Below, one piece after another: positions 17,902 through 27,230 of a stretch of DNA of 64,000 nucleotides. Both the position numbers and the translations under genes were made by a program. Source of the stretch: Abditibacterium sp. (lineage in GTDB: Bacteria; Armatimonadota; Abditibacteriia; Abditibacteriales; Abditibacteriaceae); contig OZ251992.1 of assembly GCA_965246885.1 (NCBI GenBank), positions 2,624,001 through 2,688,000 of the forward strand, given 5' to 3'. The notes under the pieces were generated by a model, which saw only the letters and a program-made list of their open reading frames with translations, made no database searches and was not told the origin of the DNA. The first letter of the stretch is position 1, and each line of letters begins with the position of its first letter.

Positions 17902-19869
17902 ATGCGCTATGAAGTGCAGGAGCGATTGGGCGCGGGCGCGCTGTGGATTGTCTACCGCGTGCGCTCGGCGCCATCGGGTCGTAACGGGCGCGCCGGAGCG
18001 GGTGCGAGCGTTGCACTCAAAGCGCTGCGCGGCGCGGCCAATCGGCATTCCCGCTTGCCCTTGGCCCTGAGCGCGGCGGCCACTCACTGGTACGACCTCT
18101 CGCATCCGCACCTCGCCCCTCCGCTCGAATGGGGCGTCGAAAGCGGCACGACCTTCTTCACCTCCAAGCTCCTGTCCGGCGGCTCCCTCCACACCCGCTT
18201 GGAACGGGGGCCACTGCCCCCCGACGAGGCGCTGCAACTGCTCCGCTCGCTCGCGGGCGCCTTGACGTATTTGCACGCCAAAGACTTCGTGCATGGCGAC
18301 GTGCGCCCGCGCCAGATTCTGTTCGATTCCAGCGGATTTCCCATCCTCACCGATGGCGGACAAGCGGGCGCTTTGGTGCAAGCGGGCTTGGTCTTGTCCG
18401 ACTTGCAACCCGATACCGCGCTCTTTCTGGCGCCCGAACGCTCGGCGGGAACGGCCCCGACGCCCGCGAGCGACGTCTACTCGCTCGGCGTCACCTTTTA
18501 CGCCGCGCTCACGGGGCGCGTGCCGTTCGAGGCGTCCTCGCCCCTCGCCATCGCCGCGCGCCACCGCCACGAAACGCCGCCTCCGCCTTCTTCCCTCAAC
18601 TCGCGCATCTCGCCCGAACTGGACGCGCTCGCCATGCGCTTGCTCGCCAAAGTCGCCGACGCGCGCCCGTCGGCGTTTGAATTGGAGCGTTTATTGGCGC
18701 CGCGCGCGGTCGCGCCAACGGCTGACGCAGTCGCGCCGACGGTTCCCGCAGTCACGCCGACCGTTGCCGTAGCTGCGCCGACGGCTGCCGCAGTCACGCC
18801 AACGGTTGCCGCAGTCACGCCAACGGTTGCCGTAGCTGCGGCGACGGCTCCCAAGCGGCGCCCGCTCGATGACTTGGTTCAGCAGACTCTGCACGCGCAA
18901 GACGAAGAAACGCGCGAAAAAGCGATGAAGAAACTGAAGCGGCGCCACGTGTGGCGCGAGTTCGGCGGCATGCTCGGCGCCATTTTCTGTCTCCTCTTGC
19001 TCGTGAGCGGTGGCGTGGGCGGCGGGCTGTGGGCGTACAACTCCGTGTTGGCGCAAATCCCCAAGCAGGTGATTGTGCCCGCGTATCTGGGCAAAACGCA
19101 AGATCAAGCCAAGCAGATACTGGCCAAAGCTGGGCTAACGCTTAAAGTCACGCGCGAGTCCTACGACCCTAAAGTGCCCGCCGGAACCGTCATGGACGGC
19201 GACCCCGCGCCGGGCCGCGACGTGCGCTCCCGCCGCGAAGTCTTCGTTACCGTGTCGGCGGGCCAAGCGCCCATCAAAATGGTGGACTTCTCGCAGCTTA
19301 CGCTCGACCAAGCGCGCACCATCATCTTGCAGCACGGCATGAAGCTTGGCTCCATCGCCGAGCAATACGACGACAAAACCCCGCGCGGCGCGGTCATCGG
19401 CCAATTCCCCGAACCGGGCGACTCGTTCTCGCGCGCGCAGGCCATTACGCTCGTCGTGTCGCGCGGCCCGCAGCCCAAAGAGTTGGACGCGCAGAACGGG
19501 GAGTTCGTCTTGCCCGACCCGCTCGCCGACGCGCCGCCCGCCCCCGCTCAGGCGCCCTTCGACACCGGCGACGCCTTTGCCCCGCTTGAACCGGCGGCGG
19601 GCGCGCCCGCTCCCAACCAAACCCAGCCCAACGGCCAAACTCTCGAAACCCGCTCAGCGCGCGTGAGCGTTTCTATTCCCAAGGGTGGCGGCACGCAACT
19701 CGTGCGCATCATCGTGCGCGACGCGGGCGGCGAGCGCACCGTTTATCAAAAAGCGCACGCGGCGGGCGACCAGTTCAAGAAAAAAGTTACCGTCTCGCGC
19801 GCGGCGGGCCAGAAAGCGTTGGTGCGCGTTTTCGTCGGCGATAATCTGGCGACCGAAGACCAGATTTAA
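17902..19869 (+). CDS. PknB/PrkC-like Ser/Thr kinase-fold protein with TM and two PASTA domains (catalytic motifs degenerate)
   Basis: VALK, HGDVRPRQ, TDGG, APE, SDVYSLG; TM; PASTA repeats VPAYLGKT and MVDFSQLT; start uncertain (17764 possible). Confidence 0.85.
   Translation: MRYEVQERLGAGALWIVYRVRSAPSGRNGRAGAGASVALKALRGAANRHSRLPLALSAAATHWYDLSHPHLAPPLEWGVESGTTFFTSKLLSGGSLHTRLERGPLPPDEALQLLRSLAGALTYLHAKDFVHGDVRPRQILFDSSGFPILTDGGQAGALVQAGLVLSDLQPDTALFLAPERSAGTAPTPASDVYSLGVTFYAALTGRVPFEASSPLAIAARHRHETPPPPSSLNSRISPELDALAMRLLAKVADARPSAFELERLLAPRAVAPTADAVAPTVPAVTPTVAVAAPTAAAVTPTVAAVTPTVAVAAATAPKRRPLDDLVQQTLHAQDEETREKAMKKLKRRHVWREFGGMLGAIFCLLLLVSGGVGGGLWAYNSVLAQIPKQVIVPAYLGKTQDQAKQILAKAGLTLKVTRESYDPKVPAGTVMDGDPAPGRDVRSRREVFVTVSAGQAPIKMVDFSQLTLDQARTIILQHGMKLGSIAEQYDDKTPRGAVIGQFPEPGDSFSRAQAITLVVSRGPQPKELDAQNGEFVLPDPLADAPPAPAQAPFDTGDAFAPLEPAAGAPAPNQTQPNGQTLETRSARVSVSIPKGGGTQLVRIIVRDAGGERTVYQKAHAAGDQFKKKVTVSRAAGQKALVRVFVGDNLATEDQI
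18709..18855 (+). repeat. In-frame 21-bp tandem array (7 units) encoding a V/A/P/T heptad linker
   Basis: GTCGCGCCAACGGCTGACGCA, GTCGCGCCGACGGTTCCCGCA, GTCACGCCGACCGTTGCCGTA and so on. Confidence 0.9.
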
Positions 19870-19875
19870 CGTTCC

Positions 19876-20481
19876 TTACTTTCGCGCCAGCCACACGCGC
19901 ACCGCGTCCAGTTCGGCGCGCGCGAGGTCGTGCCCGGCGTCTTGCCAGTGCAGTTCGACATCGGCGCCGCCCGATTGGAGCAAGCGCGCTAAGTTCTCGA
20001 CATCCGCGACGGGCACTACGGGGTCAAAGCGGCCCGCCGCCAAGTACACTCGCTTTGCAGCGAGTGGGGGCGAAGCGGACGGCGTAAACGGCGTCATGGC
20101 CCGCAATAATACGGCGCCCGCCAAAGTCGCGGGGCGTTGCAACAAGAGCGAGGCAGCGATGTTGGCGCCATTGGAATAGCCCAGCGCCCACACATTTCCG
20201 GTGTCGAAGCCGTATGTGTGGGCAGAAGCGGCAACGAACTCGGCGAGGGCGTCGGTTTGAACGCGTAAGTCGTCGAGGTCAAAGACGCCTTCGGTGAAGC
20301 GCTTAAAGAAGCGGTTGGCGCCGTGTTCGCTCACCCGACCGCGCGGAGCCAACACGTTCGCGCCGGGGAACAAATCGCGGGCGAGAGGTAACAAGTCGCG
20401 CTCACTCCCGCCCGTGCCGTGCAATGCCAAGACGGTGCGCCCCGTTGTTCCGGCGGAGTAGTGGTGAAGAAAGTTGCTCAC
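19876..20481 (-). CDS. Alpha/beta hydrolase (MhqD-like carboxylesterase)
   Basis: LHGTGG, GYSNGAN nucleophile elbow, GH; coupled to the dioxygenase gene. Confidence 0.88.
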   Translation of the reverse strand: MSNFLHHYSAGTTGRTVLALHGTGGSERDLLPLARDLFPGANVLAPRGRVSEHGANRFFKRFTEGVFDLDDLRVQTDALAEFVAASAHTYGFDTGNVWALGYSNGANIAASLLLQRPATLAGAVLLRAMTPFTPSASPPLAAKRVYLAAGRFDPVVPVADVENLARLLQSGGADVELHWQDAGHDLARAELDAVRVWLARK

Positions 20482-21392
20482 GCCGCCACCTCCGGCAAGC
20501 GAAGCGGCGGCAAGTTCGCCGCTATCTGCGCGCGATGTTTCTCGTATTGCGGCGGCAGTTGGAGCATCTGCCCCAACGCTTCGAGCGGCTCGTCAATGGC
20601 AAAACCCGGCGCGTCGGTGGCTATCTCGAACAAGACGCCGTTTGGCTCGCGGAAGTAGATGGAGCGGAAATACTCCCTGTCCATTACCGGAGACGCGCCC
20701 AAACCTGCTGCGCGCAGGTCGAGAAGCCAGTCACGCTGTTCGGCCTCGGACTGCGCGCGGAAGGCGACATGATGCACCCCGCCGCTTCCCATCCCGGCGC
20801 GCGGCGCTTTCGGGTCAACCACGAGCCGCACGAAATCGCCCGTCGGCGATGCCCATTCCCTTTCGCCGCGCGGCGTAAAGCCCAGTTCGCCTTCCAAAGT
20901 CGCCGCCGTCGCCGCGCTCGAACCGACGCGTAGCGTCACGCCACTCATGCCCGCGAGAGCGTACTCCGGCGCCACCACTTTTGTCCAAGGCGACACGTGC
21001 GCGGGCGTCGCGCCTTCGAGAATCTCATACTTCAAGCCGTCGAAGTCGGCGAACTGCACCGCACGTTCCGTTGGCTGCATCACGGCAACGCCCGCGCCCT
21101 GCAACCGCTCGAACCAGAAAGGGAGCGAGCCGTGCGGCGCGCGCAGATGGGTAATCTCGGCGGCGCCCTGCCCCACCCTTGCCCTTTGCGCCCCCGGCCA
21201 CGAGAAGAACGTCAGAATTGTCCCCGGCGCCCCCGATGTATCGCCGTAATACAAGTGGTAGCTGGACGGGTCGTCAAAGTTCACCGTGAGCTTCACCAGT
21301 CGCAGCCCCAGCACCCCCGTATAGAAGTCGAGATTGCGCTGCGGGTCGGAGGCGATGGCCGTGAGGTGATGCAAGCCGTTGGAAATGTGCAT
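20478..21392 (-). CDS. Ring-cleaving dioxygenase (MhqO/MhqA-like VOC protein)
   Basis: GLHHLTAI, TVNFDDP, VHHVAFR, DREYFRSIYFREPNGVLFEIAT. Confidence 0.92.
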   Translation of the reverse strand: MHISNGLHHLTAIASDPQRNLDFYTGVLGLRLVKLTVNFDDPSSYHLYYGDTSGAPGTILTFFSWPGAQRARVGQGAAEITHLRAPHGSLPFWFERLQGAGVAVMQPTERAVQFADFDGLKYEILEGATPAHVSPWTKVVAPEYALAGMSGVTLRVGSSAATAATLEGELGFTPRGEREWASPTGDFVRLVVDPKAPRAGMGSGGVHHVAFRAQSEAEQRDWLLDLRAAGLGASPVMDREYFRSIYFREPNGVLFEIATDAPGFAIDEPLEALGQMLQLPPQYEKHRAQIAANLPPLRLPEVAA

Positions 21393-21482
21393 GGCAGTTC
21401 GGGCGCTTGAAGCGCGGTTTCCGTTCCACCAAGCGCGCGGAATCCGGGATACGGATAGGAATTGGCGGGCCGGAGGCAAAAA

Positions 21483-21716
21483 CTACTCTTTTAACATCCG
21501 CGCCACCTCCTCTTCCCAATTCGCGCCCCACAGCTCGCGCTTTTGTTTGTCGCTGAGGAAGACGCCGTGCGAATAGTCGTCTTGATCTTCCTCATTGGTT
21601 GCTTGCATCATCGAAAGCCAATTGTTCCAGAAAGAGACGAGTTCGTTCCACTCCATATTCTGAACGTCCAAATCCTCTTCGGACAAAAAGGCATCGCGGA
21701 GTTGAAAGTCATACAT
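21483..21716 (-). CDS. Small acidic hypothetical protein
   Basis: 77 aa from MYDFQL; start overlaps upstream stop (ATGTATGA). Confidence 0.65.
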   Translation of the reverse strand: MYDFQLRDAFLSEEDLDVQNMEWNELVSFWNNWLSMMQATNEEDQDDYSHGVFLSDKQKRELWGANWEEEVARMLKE

Positions 21717-22524
21717 CGTCGTTTCCAAAAGGTAGCACTCCCTCAGCGCGTTCAACAATTATCTTATGGGCCTCACGAAGCGGCGACTGCTTTACGTCTT
21801 TTTCGATGTCGCGCCACACGAGCCGCCACGGTTGCGCCAACTGCGAGAATCGTAGCAATCGGTCTTGGTTGGCTTTAATCATCTGCCGTCGCTCTTGAAA
21901 CAGCGCCAATTCCAACTCTTCAACTCCTCGCTCCGCCGCTTCCAAGGCTGGGCGGATTACTTTGGCTTGGGCGAAAATTTCGGGGTGTTCTTGGGTCAGA
22001 CGAACGATGTCGAGCGAACTTTGACTGGACAAAAGCTGCGGCAACACGTCTAAACGTCGCGCCAGATCGCCGATTATCATATAGTCACGCCCTCGATCCG
22101 TCTTTTTGAGTTCAATTAGGCGCCGCACATCAATAGTTGGCACGGGGAGATGTTTCGCGGCTCCGGCCTTTTGTTCGCGCCAAAGGGCAGCTAACTCTTC
22201 GGGCGCCAATCGCGGTGGGCGCGTCACGAAATCGGCGCGGGCGCGGTAGCCATCGGTTTGCCAGTCGAAATGCGCGCTCCACCCGCCGCCCATCCAACGC
22301 ACATCCAAGGGCGCACCAAAGCGGTAATGGGCGCCATAAGATTCCAGCGTTGCTAAAATATGGTTCAAAGCGGCAGGAGTCTCGCGCGCAATCCAGTCGC
22401 CGTCTTTGGAAACAACGGCGAGTTTGTGAACGACTACCGCCTGTCCTGACGACAGAATCGCGCGCAGTTCTCCCGCGTTGAACTCGTTGGTCAGGTCAAG
22501 GTAGATATTACTCTGCACGCTCAC
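21709..22524 (-). CDS. Putative pol-beta superfamily nucleotidyltransferase (AbiEii-like)
   Basis: ILSSGQAVVVHKLAVVSKDGDW resembles GG/GSxA...S/TxDxD; LIELKKTDRGRD resembles K...RxKD; GTG start overlapping upstream TGA. Confidence 0.6.
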   Translation of the reverse strand: MSVQSNIYLDLTNEFNAGELRAILSSGQAVVVHKLAVVSKDGDWIARETPAALNHILATLESYGAHYRFGAPLDVRWMGGGWSAHFDWQTDGYRARADFVTRPPRLAPEELAALWREQKAGAAKHLPVPTIDVRRLIELKKTDRGRDYMIIGDLARRLDVLPQLLSSQSSLDIVRLTQEHPEIFAQAKVIRPALEAAERGVEELELALFQERRQMIKANQDRLLRFSQLAQPWRLVWRDIEKDVKQSPLREAHKIIVERAEGVLPFGNDDV

Positions 22525-23108
22525 ACAGTTTGCCGCAAGCGTTCGAGCGCGTCCGCCAACTCTTTGGGCGTGCCAAAGTTGGAGTGAACGTCCAAATGCA
22601 AGGTGTTGGACATCTCGTGCGCGCTGGATTGAAGCGTCACGATATTGGCGCCACGAAGCGGCAGGTCTTCGACGGGCACGCGATGGCCGGGGAGCAGATG
22701 CAGCGTGACGCACGGTAGGCTCGCTCCGGCAGAAGAGGCATCCGTCAGGGGAAGCGCCACATCCTCGCAACTGATGCGTTCCACCTCGCGCCAAGGGATG
22801 AACACCCCGTTCGGGTATTTGTTGCCGCGCGAGGGTTGCAACGTCAAAATTCCCTTGGAGGTCGCTTCCAGTAAGAGTGGCGGCTTGCGATATTTGCCCC
22901 ACGCCTTGCCCGCAAAGCCTAAAAACACCACCGAAAACGCGCCCAATGCGAGCGCACCGAACGGTAAAGCAACGCCTTGCGTCAGGATGCGCACGGCGAA
23001 AAAGCCTGTTGTCGCCGCAACAAGCAAACAAATGGCGAACGATACGAGCGAACTGCTCTGGGGCACGCGCGCCTCGATATGGGTGTCGGTTCGAGAAGCA
23101 GTAGTCAT
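22521..23108 (-). CDS. Hypothetical two-TM membrane protein, paralog of 23133-23768
   Basis: Two TM segments then PPLLLEATSKGI...IPWREVERI. Confidence 0.75.
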   Translation of the reverse strand: MTTASRTDTHIEARVPQSSSLVSFAICLLVAATTGFFAVRILTQGVALPFGALALGAFSVVFLGFAGKAWGKYRKPPLLLEATSKGILTLQPSRGNKYPNGVFIPWREVERISCEDVALPLTDASSAGASLPCVTLHLLPGHRVPVEDLPLRGANIVTLQSSAHEMSNTLHLDVHSNFGTPKELADALERLRQTV

Positions 23109-23132
23109 AAGGGCCGCACAGGGCGTGACCCC

Positions 23133-23768
23133 TTAATCATCACGGTTTTGACCGAAAGCAGCGCCCCGCCCGCACTTGCGCACCGTCCGGCGCATGCGCT
23201 CCAACTCCGCCGCCAAGTCCGTATACGGGCCGAAATCCGTTTTGCCATCGAGATAAAGCGCGTTCTCGTTGGAATGAGGGGACGTGCGACCTAACTTCAC
23301 CGCGAATTTATCGGGGTTGCCCAGCGACACCTCTTGCACCGGCGCGCTATGACCGGGATGCAAGCGGAGCACCACGCAATGAACCGTCACATCCCCGTCG
23401 CTCGACGGCACCCGAATCGTTTCGGCGCCTATGCTCTCGATGTCGCTCCACGTCACCAAGCGCCCGACGCGCCCCGCATCGCTTCCGCCCGCCCGCAACG
23501 ACTGATAAGTGATTATCCCTTCGCGTGTCGCTTCGAGCATAAGTGGCGGATAGAAAACGCGCCGCCCGAACGTGAGCGCGCCCGCGCCAGTAAAAACCGC
23601 AAAAAGCAGGATAACCGCCGAAATGAACAGTGGCTCCGCCCGCCCCGGCGGACGCACGACGAACCACACCAACCCCACGCACACAACGGCGCAAATGAGG
23701 AACCCCGTCAGCGAGTCGCTGCGACGCACGTGCGCCCTGAGCGCGATGTCCGAGAACGGCGATTGCAT
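23133..23768 (-). CDS. Hypothetical two-TM membrane protein, paralog of 22521-23108
   Basis: Two TM segments then PPLMLEATREGI...VTWSDIESI. Confidence 0.75.
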   Translation of the reverse strand: MQSPFSDIALRAHVRRSDSLTGFLICAVVCVGLVWFVVRPPGRAEPLFISAVILLFAVFTGAGALTFGRRVFYPPLMLEATREGIITYQSLRAGGSDAGRVGRLVTWSDIESIGAETIRVPSSDGDVTVHCVVLRLHPGHSAPVQEVSLGNPDKFAVKLGRTSPHSNENALYLDGKTDFGPYTDLAAELERMRRTVRKCGRGAAFGQNRDD

Positions 23769-23783
23769 AGTAAATTCCCGGCT

Positions 23784-24059
23784 TTACTCTTCGCCCGCGA
23801 GCCGCACATGCCCCTCGATACGAGCGACATAGCGCGGCAGTTCCAACCCTTTCGCCGCGTCCAGTAGTTCCCGCCAAAACGCAGGGCTAACCGCCGTCGC
23901 CGCCCCGCACTCTTCCAAAATCGCTGTCGCCATCCGCCAATCTTTGCGCGTGATCGCAGAGGGAAAAGCGTTCAACTCGTGCAAGTCCAGATGCTCCCCC
24001 GTCTCGATCAGAATGGCATGAGCGGCTTCGAGATGGGTTTTGATGTGGTGGTAGTTCAT
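23784..24059 (-). CDS. Small alpha-helical hypothetical protein, possibly immunity-like
   Basis: Start at MNYHHIK; W..A..ILEE.G...FW..L..AA pattern. Confidence 0.5.
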   Translation of the reverse strand: MNYHHIKTHLEAAHAILIETGEHLDLHELNAFPSAITRKDWRMATAILEECGAATAVSPAFWRELLDAAKGLELPRYVARIEGHVRLAGEE

Positions 24060-24072
24060 CTGTGTAAACGAA

Positions 24073-24198
24073 CGGTCAGCGCACATAGTTCTTTCGTTGG
24101 CATAACTAATTCCGCGTTCGCTTATGCGCGCCGACCGTTCGCCGGGTTCTATCCGTCGTTGGCGCGACTCTTTCTTTCGTTCGCCCATGCACGTCAAC
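24073..24198. repeat. Degenerate 21-bp tandem array (4 clear and about 2 decayed units)
   Basis: CGTT(C/G)GC at 24115, 24136, 24157, 24178. Confidence 0.65.
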
Positions 24199-24213
24199 CA
24201 TCCAGCGACATCT

Positions 24214-25440
24214 CTACCCGCTTAATTTAGGCAAGTCCTCGCCGCCGCCACTAAGTTGATACTTTGTTTGGGTTTGCAACGGCAAGCCGTGCAGTTTGAT
24301 AAAGCCCAGCGCGGCATCGGAATCGAAAGTGTCGCCTTCATCGTAGGTCGCCAACTCGTAGCGATACAATGATTTGGGCGACTTGCGGCCAACCACCATT
24401 GAGGTGCCTTTGAAGAACTTGAGGCGCACTGTTCCAACAACATTCTTCTGGCTCGATTGCACAAAAGCGCGCAGGTCTTGATGCAACGCCGAAAACCACA
24501 AACCGTTGTAAATCATCTCCGCTATCTGCCCCCCGACGGTGCTCTTAAAGCGCGCTTGATCGCGGCTGAGACACATGTCTTCCAAGGCATGATGCGCTTG
24601 ATGGAGGACGACGGCGGCGGGTGACTCGTAAATTTCGCGCGACTTGATGCCAATCAAACGGTTCTCCACGTGATCAATGCGTCCGATGCCGTGCTCGCCC
24701 GCCATGTCGTTGAGCTTTTGCACAAGTGTTACGCTGTCAAGAGCCTCGCCGTCAAGGGCGACGGGCAAGCCTTTGTCGAACTCGATTTCGACATATTGCG
24801 GCTTGGCGGGCGCGTCTTCGGGGTTTTTTGTCCACAGCCACACTTCGGCGGGCGGCTCGACCCAAGGGTCTTCGAGGATGCCCGCTTCAATCGAGCGACC
24901 CCACAGGTTCACGTCCGTCGAATACGGGCTGTTGACCGACGCGGGAATCGGGATGTTGTTCTGGCGGGCGTATTCGATCTCGGCGGGCCGCGACAGTTTC
25001 CACTCGCGCACGGGCGCGATGATTTTGAGGTCGGGGTCGAGGGCAGTGACGGACACATCGAGCCGCACTTGGTCGTTGCCTTTGCCGGTGCAGCCGTGCG
25101 CGACGAATTTGGCGCCGACTTCGTGCGCGACATCCACCAACAACTTGGCGATGAGCGGGCGCCCGATAGCCGTTGCGAGCGGGTATTCGCGCTCATAGAT
25201 GGCGCCGGCTTGGAGGGCGGGAAAAGCGAAGTAGCGCAGGAACAAATCGCGCCCGTCCACGATCTTGGCGTCAACGGCGCCCACGTCAAGCGCGCGCTGA
25301 CGAATGGCGGGCAAGTCGCGCTCGGAGCCAAGGTCAATGGTGAGCGCGACAACGTCGTGACCGTAGTTTTCTTTGATCCACTTGATAGCGACGCTCGTAT
25401 CGAGGCCGCCGGAATAGGCGAGAACAACTTTTTCTGGCAT
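24214..25440 (-). CDS. argG: Argininosuccinate synthase
   Basis: KVVLAYSGGLDTS, AHGCTGKGNDQVR, STDVNLWGRSIE, IKSREIYE. Confidence 0.97.
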   Translation of the reverse strand: MPEKVVLAYSGGLDTSVAIKWIKENYGHDVVALTIDLGSERDLPAIRQRALDVGAVDAKIVDGRDLFLRYFAFPALQAGAIYEREYPLATAIGRPLIAKLLVDVAHEVGAKFVAHGCTGKGNDQVRLDVSVTALDPDLKIIAPVREWKLSRPAEIEYARQNNIPIPASVNSPYSTDVNLWGRSIEAGILEDPWVEPPAEVWLWTKNPEDAPAKPQYVEIEFDKGLPVALDGEALDSVTLVQKLNDMAGEHGIGRIDHVENRLIGIKSREIYESPAAVVLHQAHHALEDMCLSRDQARFKSTVGGQIAEMIYNGLWFSALHQDLRAFVQSSQKNVVGTVRLKFFKGTSMVVGRKSPKSLYRYELATYDEGDTFDSDAALGFIKLHGLPLQTQTKYQLSGGGEDLPKLSG

Positions 25441-25503
25441 TATGGGGAACAGGTTAGCGAAACGGCGTCTCTCATCAACGGCCTCGCGCCACGCGACAAG
25501 AGG

Positions 25504-26727
25504 TCAGGGCTTGGTTTGCGGCTGTTGACTTAGCCACTCCCCAACGCCTTCACCCGACAATTTCTCGAAGGCGGCAGATCCGACAACTCCCGGTTGGCGT
25601 AGCAAGCAGTAGTCGGCGAGGGCAGGAATGGCGCTTTTGTCGCCGATGTTGGCGAGGGCTTGCGCGGCTGTATTACCGACAGCCCCCACCAGTTCTGTAG
25701 TTCGCAAGATGGTGAGTAAGCGCGGGACGGCGCGGCGCTCTTTGCGTTCGCCCAAGATTTCCATCACCGGCGTGAGGGTGTTGAACTCTCCGCGCGTGTT
25801 TAAAAGCCGGAGCAAAACGTCGTTGATGCGCGGGTCGTCGTATCTGTTGAGCGCATAAACGGCCTGACCGACGTAAGAGCCGTACAAGAAATGGGGGTCA
25901 AGCGCGGCGAAAAGCGGCTCGACCGCGCGCGGGTCGTAAAGCCACGTTCCGCCATCCGAAGCAATGATGGCGATGGCTGTCTCCCGCACTCCGGCGTCGG
26001 GGTCGTGGAGCGCGCGGAAGATCGCCTCGCGGCCCGTCGAATCGCCAATGGCCGGAAGAAAGCCGAGAATGGCTTTGCGCACGGACGGGCGTTTGTCTTT
26101 CAACACGCGCAAGAACGGCGCGATGGGAAGAATAAGGTTGACCCGCAACACCTCGCGTTGCGCGCCTCGGATACCGTTGGAAAGATTGGCTCCAAGGTGC
26201 CCCCACTGCTCGAAGATGGAGGCGGCGGCAGCGGAAACGCGGGTGTCCTTATCCTGAAGTGCGTCGAGTATCACGGGCCAGTATTTGATCTCTACAAAGC
26301 CATTGATGCCCTGATTCCATGCGTCCAATGCAGCGATGGCGTTGAGGCGAGCGACAGGCGGCCCGCTTCTTACCGCTTCGGCAAGGGCGGGTATGCTCTC
26401 TCTGCCAATGCGTCTAAGCACGTAAGCCGCCCGCTCCCCGACGCGCGTCGGGTTTCCCGATATTGGATAGTCGGAAACCGGGCCGCCAGTGTCGGAAAGC
26501 AACGCCGCGATTGCGGGGATGACGGGAACTGCCACCCCTCCCAAGTCGCCCAAAGCGTTGAGCGCTTGCACCCTGTCCAACGGTTCGGGCGAGCGTAACA
26601 GCGCCACGAGAGCGGGGACATCGTGAACAATCTTGGCATCGGGCAAGTAGGAGCCAAATTTCTTGTAAGCCTCGCAACGGAGGGCGAGAACACAGGCGAA
26701 GAGGAAAAGCAGAAGGCGTGGTAGCAT
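25504..26727 (-). CDS. Exported HEAT-repeat protein
   Basis: Signal peptide; repeated AL..LG / AIPAL / VR..A HEAT-like units. Confidence 0.8.
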   Translation of the reverse strand: MLPRLLLFLFACVLALRCEAYKKFGSYLPDAKIVHDVPALVALLRSPEPLDRVQALNALGDLGGVAVPVIPAIAALLSDTGGPVSDYPISGNPTRVGERAAYVLRRIGRESIPALAEAVRSGPPVARLNAIAALDAWNQGINGFVEIKYWPVILDALQDKDTRVSAAAASIFEQWGHLGANLSNGIRGAQREVLRVNLILPIAPFLRVLKDKRPSVRKAILGFLPAIGDSTGREAIFRALHDPDAGVRETAIAIIASDGGTWLYDPRAVEPLFAALDPHFLYGSYVGQAVYALNRYDDPRINDVLLRLLNTRGEFNTLTPVMEILGERKERRAVPRLLTILRTTELVGAVGNTAAQALANIGDKSAIPALADYCLLRQPGVVGSAAFEKLSGEGVGEWLSQQPQTKP

Positions 26728-26751
26728 AGGCAGAACTCCGGTGCGGCGGCC

Positions 26752-26946
26752 TCAACCGTCGCGCGCTTCCATTTCCGCTTGGCGGCGTTCGAGTTCGAGG
26801 CGCTGGCGCTCCAGCCGCTCATCGGTGCGCTTGAGTTCGCCATGCAGGTCGCCCAGTTTCTGATACGTTTGGCTGAGGCGCGCGACGAGGGCCATCATCA
26901 CCGCGACGGCGAAGAAAAGGATGATGACGAGGAGAATGAGTTTCAT
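26752..26946 (-). CDS. Small membrane-anchored coiled-coil protein
   Basis: N-terminal TM and charged helix; ATGA overlap with toxin stop. Confidence 0.6.
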   Translation of the reverse strand: MKLILLVIILFFAVAVMMALVARLSQTYQKLGDLHGELKRTDERLERQRLELERRQAEMEARDG

Positions 26947-27230
26947 CGGTAGACTTCCTTGCGGTCGCCAACGGCGACTACCACAACAACGAGGTGCTCG
27001 TTTTCAAGGGTGTAGACGAGGCGGTAGTCGCCAGAGCGGGCGCGGTAAAGCGCATTTCCGCTCGCGTGGCGCTCATCGGAGAGTTTCACGACGCCCGACG
27101 GTCGCGGGTTGTTCCTAAGCGCCTCGGCAAGGGCAACCAAGCGGGGCTGCACGGCGCGCGGTAGCTTCTTGAGTTGGCGCACCGACGCGGGTTCCCAGCG
27201 CAAGCTCCACTGCGGGGCATCATCGGGCAT
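26943..27230 (-). CDS. RelE/ParE family type II toxin
   Basis: LKKLP...NPRPSGVVKL...YRARSGDYRLVY...VGDRKEVYR. Confidence 0.92.
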   Translation of the reverse strand: MPDDAPQWSLRWEPASVRQLKKLPRAVQPRLVALAEALRNNPRPSGVVKLSDERHASGNALYRARSGDYRLVYTLENEHLVVVVVAVGDRKEVYR

